Of a DNA stretch of 24,000 nucleotides, positions 1 to 7,247 are shown in pieces. The DNA comes from Chitinophagaceae bacterium (GTDB lineage: Bacteria > Bacteroidota > Bacteroidia > Chitinophagales > Chitinophagaceae), in NCBI GenBank assembly GCA_039916305.1, contig JBDSLR010000030.1, positions 171,039 to 195,038 on the forward strand, written 5' to 3'. Made by a program: the position numbers and the translations under genes. The number at the start of each line of letters is the position of its first letter. The stretch's first letter is position 1. Below the pieces are notes generated by a model that saw nothing but the letters and a program-made list of their open reading frames with translations, did not search any database and had not been told where the DNA came from.

Positions 1-96
1 ATTTATCTGTGCGCCACGGCCAACATGGTAGGGCGTATCTTCAGTTTGTTTCTTTACTGATACTTTAAAATGATCCTGTTGTAGTTTGTCTGACAT
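1..96 (-). CDS. 5' end (first 32 codons) of a gene that runs off the window; the N-terminus resembles PA0069-type radical SAM (SplB-like) proteins
   Basis: ATG on the complement at 96..94. Reverse translation is MSDKLQQDHFKVSVKKQTEDTPYHVGRGAQIN. I recall the GRGAQ-N motif near the N-terminus of PA0069-family radical SAM proteins. Only 32 aa are visible. Confidence 0.4.
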   Translation of the reverse strand, partial: MSDKLQQDHFKVSVKKQTEDTPYHVGRGAQIN

Positions 97-124
97 GATT
101 TTTTCGTTTTAGATTTTTTGAACC

Positions 125-487
125 GTGGGGATTCAACCACGGAAGCATACCGACACGGAGAAGCGTAGATGGTTGCTGATTTTTAGCGGCAACCAATTTT
201 TGCAACCACGGAGGCACAGCGGCACGGAGGATAGGAAAGTTTCCTGTTTTTTATGCAAGCCATGGAGTTTTGAAAATCACGGAGATAAAAACACGGAGAC
301 GCGGAGAAACGGAGCAACACGGAGATTTTCATTAACGCCGGCACACTTTAAAAGCATGGCCCTGAACCACGGATACCCATGAACACAGATTAGCCACAGA
401 GATTGACGTAACACGGAGAGTTGCTGGTTTTTTTCCGGCATTACCAGACCTTTAAAAATCACGGAAAGTGAACGCTGACACGCGAAG
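125..487. repeat. Irregular array of CACGGA(G/A) heptamers organised in ~70-bp composite units
   Basis: Exact CACGGA starts at 138, 154, 207, 223, 278, 292, 318, 368, 412 and 460. Degenerate copies start at 261, 301, 309, 395 and 479. The heads caaccacgga[ag]gca start at 134 and 203. The tail gttgctgNttttt..cggc occurs at 172 and 419. Confidence 0.9.
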
Positions 488-492
488 ATCTT

Positions 493-909
493 TTAATTGA
501 AGATCATGCGTTTGATGCCATCTTTCATTAATGGAACATGAAAATTTAATGTATAGCCAAGACGTTTTCCTGCCAGCTTTAGATAACTTAAGAGTTGCGC
601 TTCCCAAACAGGATGATGGTTTTCCTGCGCCTTCAACTCAATAATAATTAAATCATCAACAAGGATATCAAGCCGGAGGCCTTCATCAATAACAATATTA
701 TCATAAATTATTGGCACATACTGTTGTCTTGCATACAGAATACCTCTTTTGCCAAGTTCATAGCAAAAGCATTTTTCATAAACACTTTTTAATAAACCCG
801 GGCCTAATACCTTGTGAATACCTATGGCAATGGTTACTATTTGTTCCGTCAGCCAGCGCTCCCTCTCTGTAATGGGTTTAAAATTTCTTTCTATACTTAC
901 CGTTGCCAT
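493..909 (-). CDS. GxxExxY protein (PD-(D/E)XK nuclease-like, PDDEXK_3 family)
   Basis: 138-aa ORF. LGPGLLKSVYEKCFCYELGKRGI, RLDILVDDLIIIELKA and AQLLSYLKL..LGYTLNF follow the family layout with a D..ExK core. Confidence 0.85.
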   Translation of the reverse strand: MATVSIERNFKPITERERWLTEQIVTIAIGIHKVLGPGLLKSVYEKCFCYELGKRGILYARQQYVPIIYDNIVIDEGLRLDILVDDLIIIELKAQENHHPVWEAQLLSYLKLAGKRLGYTLNFHVPLMKDGIKRMIFN

Positions 910-975
910 AATCCCGCTTTAATAGTAAACTTCGTACCCCCATGTGGCAAGTAGCCTCCTGGTTCAATAAATGCG

Positions 976-1590
976 CTATCCGAACAGCTCGCCCTGCTTT
1001 GTATTTACCGGAAGGTTCATAAATTCAAGGCGCTGTAAAATCTGGTAAGATTGATCGCCCACCCTTCTTCTCAGCAATAACATGCTGTCTGCAATAAAAC
1101 GCCCTGTAAAATGTTTGCGGCTGTACTCCAGCCAGCCTTTTTCATATTGCCAGGGCTGTAATTTTCGGGCAACGGTCAGGTGCGGTTCATCAATAAAATG
1201 TGGTTTGTTATCGTTGTTCAGTTTCATGAGTTGCTGAAACGGACGTATTTCTTTTACGAGGTTGCGTATGGGCTCTTTAGTAGTTACGTTTATATAAATG
1301 CTGTGCGACGGAAAACTGCCAAAATCTTTTAGTTCTACTTTAAAAGGATGATAACCCATTCCCACTGTTTTCAGCCGGTTTATAATGCGTTCCTCCATCA
1401 TGGCATACTGCAGAAAGTTAACCAGTGTAATATGGGGTTTGCCCCAGGCAGCAGAAGGCGCTTTATAATCTGTGCTGAATGTTTCTTTAACTTCTTTTAT
1501 TTTATTACGCAGTTCTTCGTGCGGGTTTAAGACCAGCAGGTATTCATTCACTTTATAACCGGGTAATGTAAGGGCAGATGGTTTCATCAT
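976..1590 (-). CDS. 2H phosphoesterase superfamily protein (2'-5' RNA ligase / LigT-like)
   Basis: 204-aa ORF with two H-x-T motifs at the expected spacing (GKPHITLV and DEPHLTVA). Confidence 0.75.
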   Translation of the reverse strand: MMKPSALTLPGYKVNEYLLVLNPHEELRNKIKEVKETFSTDYKAPSAAWGKPHITLVNFLQYAMMEERIINRLKTVGMGYHPFKVELKDFGSFPSHSIYINVTTKEPIRNLVKEIRPFQQLMKLNNDNKPHFIDEPHLTVARKLQPWQYEKGWLEYSRKHFTGRFIADSMLLLRRRVGDQSYQILQRLEFMNLPVNTKQGELFG

Positions 1591-1621
1591 TTTTGCTTTT
1601 TGTGGTTACATAATAATATTG

Positions 1622-2206
1622 TCAGGCTACATCACTAATCAGATTATCCTCAGCCGGTCTTAACCGGAATACCTGTATTGTCTTACAGGCATCAAAGCTG
1701 TGCTGGCGCCGCAGCAAAAGCAGCTCATCCAGCATAAAAGATTCATGGAATGTTTTCTGCGAATAGTCAGCCATCGCTTTGTTATAAACATCTTCATCCA
1801 GTTTGTGGGCAATGCTGAGATAGGGTTTGGTGATTAACCTGGCAGGCGGACAGGCAGAAGCACGGATAAATTCATCCACCGTCCGCAACTGTTTTGCCAG
1901 CTGCTGAAACGGCAGGGGGTTTTGCACCCGCAAGTAAATAGTATGTGGCGGAAACCCGCTGTAATTGTTCAGCGTAACGGTAAAACTTTGCTGCGCGCCG
2001 CAAATACGCTGCATCCATTTAACAATAGTGGGTTCCATGGCTTCGCTGGCCAAAAAACTGGCAACTGCTATATGAGGTTTTGCTTTGGCCGTCACCTGCC
2101 CATCATAGGCAAATGAAAATTGCTGCTGCTCCTCTCTTACCTTATTATATACACCTGAATCAGGATGTGCTGCCAGTAAATATTCGAACAAATTATTTGT
2201 ACCCAT
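1622..2206 (-). CDS. 2H phosphoesterase-like paralog with degenerate catalytic motifs
   Basis: 194-aa ORF that aligns along its length with the downstream paralog (EYLL.., KPHI.., FP.H.IY, PFQQL, LLLLRR). Its motifs read KPHIAV and KPYLSI instead of HxT/HxT. Confidence 0.65.
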   Translation of the reverse strand: MGTNNLFEYLLAAHPDSGVYNKVREEQQQFSFAYDGQVTAKAKPHIAVASFLASEAMEPTIVKWMQRICGAQQSFTVTLNNYSGFPPHTIYLRVQNPLPFQQLAKQLRTVDEFIRASACPPARLITKPYLSIAHKLDEDVYNKAMADYSQKTFHESFMLDELLLLRRQHSFDACKTIQVFRLRPAEDNLISDVA

Positions 2207-2246
2207 ATCCTTAAAAAATTAGCAGTGATTGCTTATTTAGCATAAA

Positions 2247-2267
2247 TTTACTAAATAAATTAGTAAA
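2247..2267. promoter_or_regulatory. Perfect palindrome TTTACTAA-ataaa-TTAGTAAA in the divergent 2H / umuD promoter region; candidate operator
   Basis: 8-bp perfect arms with a 5-bp spacer. It lies 41 bp upstream of the start at 2206 (-) and 59 bp upstream of the umuD-like ATG at 2326 (+). The core CTAA-N5-TTAG recurs at 21661..21677. Confidence 0.45.
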
Positions 2268-2325
2268 AGAAAAATCTTTTTTCACCTCGTTTTCCGCCAG
2301 GGCGGAATGAAATAAAAATCTTTAT

Positions 2326-2760
2326 ATGGACGGAGAAATTTTTTACGGCGCCGCTTACCGCGGTTCCAAACAATACAGCCAGCACGATATTAAAACGGCT
2401 GACGCGACTGGCTTCGGCGCGGCCGCCGATGACTATGCCGAGCGGGGGATTGATTTAAATGAACAGCTGATAAAAAACAAGCCCGCTACTTTTTTTATGC
2501 GCGTGCGCGGCGATGCCATGGTTGGCGCGGGCATACACGATGGGGATATTGTAATTGTAGACCGGTCGGCGAAAGTTGTCAGCGGTAAAGTAGTGATTGC
2601 TATTTTAAATGGTGAAATGCTGATACGGCGGCTTGAAAAAACGTTTAATAAGATCAGGCTGGTGCCGGAGACAGCCAGGTTGTCGGCCATAGAAATTGAT
2701 CCGTCCGGCCATGAATTTTCTGTCTGGGGTGTGGTGACTTATTCAATACATACCCCCTAA
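2326..2760 (+). CDS. umuD: UmuD-like S24 peptidase-fold protein (DNA polymerase V accessory subunit homolog), predicted non-cleaving
   Basis: 144 aa. TGFGAAADDYAERGIDLNEQLIKNKPATFFMRVRGDAMVGAGIHDGDIVIVD...VIAILNGEMLIRRLE aligns with E. coli UmuD [38 protein letters not shown]...FTVKKLQ. It lies upstream of umuC. Confidence 0.85.
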   Translation: MDGEIFYGAAYRGSKQYSQHDIKTADATGFGAAADDYAERGIDLNEQLIKNKPATFFMRVRGDAMVGAGIHDGDIVIVDRSAKVVSGKVVIAILNGEMLIRRLEKTFNKIRLVPETARLSAIEIDPSGHEFSVWGVVTYSIHTP

Positions 2761-3139
2761 CCCCCTGAAGGGCGATTTATCTCCGGGGGATAATCGGACG
2801 TATTACAGTGTTTCGGCAGATGAAAATTGCATTTGCAGCGTTTTGTTAAGCTGACAAATTACCAACCAATGCAAAACAAATCGCGTCAAAAACAAGAGCA
2901 TCTGTTAATTCATAAGCCGCTAAAGCGAGGCTTAGATAAATCCGCGGCCGGGGCTATGGTAGATCATTTTAATGCTTTGAAGCTGGCGATAAAAGTGGAT
3001 GGCTTAATCCATAACAAATCAGCAATTATGCAAGGAGATATTGAGTGACAAAACTACCCGGATGCGCAGGGTATCCATTTTATGCGGTTACTAATGAAGA
3101 GGGTCGATTAGGGCCGGAAACAGTGATTGAAAGTAAATT

Positions 3140-3170
3140 CTTTTATTGATAATATTATCAGCAATAAAAG
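3140..3170 (+). promoter_or_regulatory. Imperfect AT-rich hairpin/palindrome just upstream of the umuC start
   Basis: cttttattgataat / attatcagcaataaaag gives 14 paired positions with a 3-nt bulge (cag). It ends 9-18 nt before the candidate umuC start codons. Its function is unknown. Confidence 0.3.
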
Positions 3171-3187
3171 GCTAATGTTTGAACACT

Positions 3188-4540
3188 ATGGTTAACGAAT
3201 ATCACAAACAAAAAGTGCTGCCCGAACCAGGCCTCCCCTCCAGGGGGCCGGGGGGTTACACTGCTATTGTTGACTGCAACAGCTTTTACTGTTCTGCGGA
3301 GCGGGTATTCAGACCTGACCTGGCCCGTAAACCGGTTGTGGTACTCAGTAACAACGATGGCTGTATTATCTCACGCAGTGATGAAGCAAAAAATTTTGGC
3401 GTGGGTATGGCCGGTCCTTATTTCCTGGCAAAGCCCCTGATTGAAAAACATAGTATTGCCACCTTTTCTTCCAATTATAACCTGTACGGTGATATGAGCA
3501 TGCGGGTGATGGATACCTTGCGTGCACTTTCCCCTTCTCCGGAACACGTGGAAGTGTATTCTGTAGACGAGGCTTTTTTAGACATTAGTCACGTTGATGC
3601 CAAAGACCTGGCAGAGTACAGCCTGTACATCCGTGAGACAGTGGAAAAGTGGACCGGTATTTCCGTTTCCATTGGCGTGGCGCGCAGCAAAACACTGGCG
3701 AAGATGGCCAATAACCTGGCTAAGAAAAATAAAATTGCCAGCAACTGCGTATACATTCTTGCTACGGAAGAAGACCAGCAGAAAGCATTGCAGCAAACGC
3801 GTGTCAGCGGTATCTGGGGCGTGGGCCGCGCCTATGCAGATAAATTGATCAACTGCGGTATCATCAGCGCCTGGGAGCTGCGTAATATGAGCGAAGAATG
3901 GGCATACACAAATATGGGCGGTGTGGTGGGTGCCCGCCTCATAAAAGAGCTGCGTGGCGAGCCATGTATTGAAATGAAAAATCCGCTTGACGTAAAAAAA
4001 ATGATTGCCACTACGCGTATGTTTGGTGAACCGGTTAGCAATATCAATGATATTAAGGAAGCCATAGCTACCTATACATCCCGTGCAGCGGAAAAACTGC
4101 GCCGGCAGCAAAGCGCCGCCGGCACCGTGAGCGTATTCATTGTGGCCAAAGAGCAGGATCACCAGATTGATTTTAGTCACGGTTCCAGTATCAACGCCCA
4201 TATAAACCTGCCAGCCGCCACATCTAATACCAATGAACTTATTAAACCGGCAGTGGAGTTGGTAGATCGGTTATACAAGAACGGTATCTTGTATAAAAAA
4301 GCCGGTGTAATGCTGAGCGGACTGGTGCCCGAAACGGCTGTGCAGGCTAATATGTTTTCGACCGAATCAAAAAGTGGCGGCCGTATACTGATGGGCATGA
4401 TTGACAATGTTAACTTCAGTATGCGCGACGATGTATTAAAATTTGCGGCTTCCGGCACTACCCGCGACTGGAAGATGCGGCAGGAGTTAAGAAGTCCACG
4501 TTATACTTCAAGATGGGAGGAATTATGTGAGGTGCGGTGA
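3188..4540 (+). CDS. umuC: Y-family DNA polymerase V catalytic subunit UmuC
   Basis: AIVDCNSFYCSAERVFRPDL, PVVVLSNNDGCIISRS, YSVDEAFLD and SIGVARSKTLAKMAN are Y-family/UmuC hallmarks. ATG at 3188 (a TTG at 3179 is also in frame). Confidence 0.93.
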   Translation: MVNEYHKQKVLPEPGLPSRGPGGYTAIVDCNSFYCSAERVFRPDLARKPVVVLSNNDGCIISRSDEAKNFGVGMAGPYFLAKPLIEKHSIATFSSNYNLYGDMSMRVMDTLRALSPSPEHVEVYSVDEAFLDISHVDAKDLAEYSLYIRETVEKWTGISVSIGVARSKTLAKMANNLAKKNKIASNCVYILATEEDQQKALQQTRVSGIWGVGRAYADKLINCGIISAWELRNMSEEWAYTNMGGVVGARLIKELRGEPCIEMKNPLDVKKMIATTRMFGEPVSNINDIKEAIATYTSRAAEKLRRQQSAAGTVSVFIVAKEQDHQIDFSHGSSINAHINLPAATSNTNELIKPAVELVDRLYKNGILYKKAGVMLSGLVPETAVQANMFSTESKSGGRILMGMIDNVNFSMRDDVLKFAASGTTRDWKMRQELRSPRYTSRWEELCEVR

Positions 4541-4738
4541 TTGGTTTCCTGCAGGCACCGTCATATCTATCGCTTCAGCCTTCAATCTGCCAGCAAAACT
4601 TATTATGGCGTTGTCTCATGCCCGGCCATACCGCGAAGGTTATTATTAAAGCCCTGCAGTTTCTTTGGTGTTTGTGATAATGCCGTGCAGATTCCGCGTC
4701 TGAATTGCCGTATATTTATTTCCGCCAAAACAACCAGC

Positions 4739-6028
4739 ATGAGAAAATTAGTAGCCGTTACTGCGGTCCTGTTATCTACAATCGTTATATCTGCCCAAAA
4801 AACCACGGCCATTAAATGCGGTAAATTATTAGACGCCCGCAGTGGGCAAATGCTCAGCAACCAGGTGATACTGATAAAAGGTAACCTGGTTGAAAGTATG
4901 GTCGCCGCCGCTGATTTCAAACAAAAAACAGACAGTGTTATTGATCTTTCTGGTTATTATGTATTGCCCGGTTTAATTGATTGCCATACCCATGTTTTGC
5001 TGCAGGGCGATATCACCAGCGAGGATTATGATGTACAATTATTAAAAGAATCGATCCCCTACAGAACCTTGCGGGCATCGCGCAGCGCAAAGATCTCACT
5101 GCAAAATGGATTCACTACCATCCGTGATTTGGAAACCGAAGGCGCTATGTATGCAGACGTGGATGTTAAAAAAGCCATCATTAACCAGGTAATTCCCGGG
5201 CCAAGAATGCAGGTGGCTACCAGGTCTATTGCTACCGTGGGCCATTACCCCATTGCCGCCAAAGACTATGCCTGGGAGTTAAGCCTGCCCAAGGGCGTGC
5301 AGCTGGTCAATGGTGCGGACGAGGCAAGGCGCGCCGTACGTGAACAGTTATCATATGGTGCCGACTGGATCAAGATCTATGCAGACCGGGGTTATTACAG
5401 GCTGCCGGATGGCAGCTACCGTAGCCGGCCCAATTTTACCGATGAAGAAATCAACGCTATTGGTACCGAAACGCTCAGCGCCGGGAAAAAACTGGCGGCA
5501 CATGCTGTTACCCGGGACGGTATTATTGCAGCCATCAATGCAGGTGCTTCTACCATTGAACATGGTTTTGGTATGGATGATGAATGCGTACAGCTGATGG
5601 TAAAAAAAGGCGTATACTGGTGCCCTACTATTTATGTGTGCGATTATGTAGCAGAGGGCCGGGCCAAAGCCGGCTCGCCCATAAATAAATATTTTATGGA
5701 AACCATGCCAGCTGTTTTTAAAAAAGCCCTGAATGCGGGTATAAAGATTGCCTATGGTACAGATATTGGCGGTTATAGCTGGGATGAACCGCAGGCAAAA
5801 GATTTTGAATACATGGTTAAATACGGCATGAGTACGATACAGGCCATACAAACCGCTACTACCGTTGCTGCACAGTTGCTGGATATGGAAGGAAAAATTG
5901 GCGAAATAAAAACCGGCGCCTTTGCAGACCTCGTAGCTGTAAAACAAGATCCATTAAAAGACATAAAGGTATTGCAGCAGGTGCAATGGGTTATGAAGGA
6001 CGGCGTGGTGTATAGGAATGGTAAATAG
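4739..6028 (+). CDS. Secreted metal-dependent amidohydrolase family protein (COG1228-like)
   Basis: A signal peptide, MRKLVAVTAVLLSTIVISAQ, starts at the internal Met. LPGLIDCHTHV provides the HxH metal motif, and AHA..., IEHG and YGTD follow. The 66 codons upstream of this Met in the ORF track look non-coding. Confidence 0.85.
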   Translation: MRKLVAVTAVLLSTIVISAQKTTAIKCGKLLDARSGQMLSNQVILIKGNLVESMVAAADFKQKTDSVIDLSGYYVLPGLIDCHTHVLLQGDITSEDYDVQLLKESIPYRTLRASRSAKISLQNGFTTIRDLETEGAMYADVDVKKAIINQVIPGPRMQVATRSIATVGHYPIAAKDYAWELSLPKGVQLVNGADEARRAVREQLSYGADWIKIYADRGYYRLPDGSYRSRPNFTDEEINAIGTETLSAGKKLAAHAVTRDGIIAAINAGASTIEHGFGMDDECVQLMVKKGVYWCPTIYVCDYVAEGRAKAGSPINKYFMETMPAVFKKALNAGIKIAYGTDIGGYSWDEPQAKDFEYMVKYGMSTIQAIQTATTVAAQLLDMEGKIGEIKTGAFADLVAVKQDPLKDIKVLQQVQWVMKDGVVYRNGK

Positions 6029-6180
6029 TGGTTGGTTTACCATGGCAATCACAATGCAAGCTTCTTTTTCCGGATGCGTTTCTGTAAAACCAACTGCTGT
6101 AGTATAGATTTCTTCCGCTGCTGCTTGCATTTTAGCTGCATCCGGTGCGGAATTACAAAAAATAAACAGGCAGAAATTTA

Positions 6181-6855
6181 TTAAATCTCTTCTACCTCCG
6201 TGCCCGGCCTGGCATAAGACAGTCTTACAAGCCGCGCCGGTTTGTAATATGCATCGGCGCCGAGTGATGCCAGTGTGCCGGCATTTTCAAGTGACAGGAA
6301 TCCATCCTGCTTAATGAGCGATGGATCAATTAATATATCGGTTACAGTGCCAATAACAAGAAAAGTATTATTGTGTTTAATGGAGACTATCTCTGTAAGC
6401 TGCAGCGCATACTTGATCTTACTTACTGCCACAAAAGGTGCGGCAATACCTTGCTCAAATGCTGCTTCCAGGTTCACCGCTTCAAATTCATTAATGTCCG
6501 CCGCGTACCTGGCACTCGTCTGGTGTGCCTGCTGAACAAAGGACGCATCTATATGATTGATGCTGTATATGCCGGTGGCTTTTATGTTTTCAATGGTATG
6601 ATGGGCAGCTGCCAGCGGGCGGTTAATATATCCTACCAGCGCAGGACTGGATCCCAAATGTACAATACTACTGAATACCGCCAGGTTAGGAAGGCCGTCT
6701 TTGTTAACGGTGCCAATAAGACTTACAGATTTAAAGCCGGTTAAACAATTGATGAAATTGGCGCGGTAAAAACGCTCCCAATTTTCAATGGCAGATAAGT
6801 TGATGTGCTGCTGCATGCCCAAAGAACAGTATTCTGCAAAAATGGTTTGCAGCAA
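6181..6855 (-). CDS. Flavin reductase-like (FMN-binding split-barrel) family protein
   Basis: 224-aa ORF. NLAVFSSIVHLGSSPALVGYINRP...HTIENIKATGIYSINH resembles the Flavin_Reduct domain pattern. TTG start at 6855, with an alternative ATG at 6816. Confidence 0.55.
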   Translation of the reverse strand: MLQTIFAEYCSLGMQQHINLSAIENWERFYRANFINCLTGFKSVSLIGTVNKDGLPNLAVFSSIVHLGSSPALVGYINRPLAAAHHTIENIKATGIYSINHIDASFVQQAHQTSARYAADINEFEAVNLEAAFEQGIAAPFVAVSKIKYALQLTEIVSIKHNNTFLVIGTVTDILIDPSLIKQDGFLSLENAGTLASLGADAYYKPARLVRLSYARPGTEVEEI

Positions 6856-6880
6856 TTGATAAAAATGGCGGTTATACAGT

Positions 6881-7030
6881 TAAGCATATTCATTGTAAAT
6901 TATTTTGTACGCACTTTCAGCAAGATAGAAGGCATTACGCCCGGCAGTTACCAGAAATGTATTAAAGAAAGTTCGTAGTTCTTGGTTCATAGGTGCTACT
7001 TCCTGGTCCCTTTTTCTATAAATGACTGCT
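6881..7030 (+). repeat. Copy A of an intergenic repeat family (single unit plus tail)
   Basis: It shares colinear blocks with 15224..15680: taagc..ttcatt, aattatt(tt)gtacgc, gca[ga]ttacca, ttcgta, ttggtt..catagg, and an exact 15-mer tcctggtcccttttt (7001..7015 matches 15651..15665). Confidence 0.55.
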
Positions 7031-7247
7031 GATATGAAGACGCCTTATTTCCTTAAATAGCAATTCCTTGCGGCTTATCGAATTTTTTCCGGACTACCAG
7101 TAGCGAATGCCGGGCTAATGAACTGACGGACTAAAAACTCAGCACTAAAGCAGTTCACCGGTTGTGGCAGGTGTTTCACCGGAAAAAACCGCAAATCTGC
7201 TCCTTTTCTAAAATATAATATCTTGCCGCCCGTCTACCTCTTTATAC

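Noticed and set aside
125-462. ORFs 125..382 (+) and 277..462 (-) as protein-coding genes
   Set aside because: Both are low-complexity translations of the CACGGAG repeat (TE/HG/RR-rich, or LRVSV/ICVH in reverse) and overlap each other. There is no independent coding signal.
125-487. CACGGAG array as a CRISPR array
   Set aside because: The repeat unit is only 7 nt, spacing is irregular (9-50 nt), no spacers of uniform length are present, and there are no cas genes.
2827-3048. 73-aa ORF in the umuD-umuC spacer
   Set aside because: It has a TTG start, no recognisable motifs, and a basic low-complexity composition. It is kept only as a possibility within the spacer finding.
4541-4738. N-terminal 66-codon extension of the amidohydrolase ORF
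   Set aside because: A canonical signal peptide starts at the internal Met (4739). The extension begins directly after the umuC stop with a non-ATG codon and has no protein-like features.
6053-6145. Interleaved inverted repeats aatgcaagc/gcttgcatt (6053..6061 / 6123..6131) and ccggatgc/gcatccgg (6071..6078 / 6138..6145), a pseudoknot-like A-B-A'-B' arrangement between convergent genes
   Set aside because: Single 8-9-bp inverted repeats within 100 nt are expected several times by chance in 24 kb. The loops are long (44-61 nt), and I cannot assess significance or conservation without computation.
7231-7235. CGTCT as an ECF-type -10 element for autoregulation of the sigma gene
   Set aside because: It is only 13 nt from the ATG, and there is no GAAC-like -35 element at the appropriate spacing.
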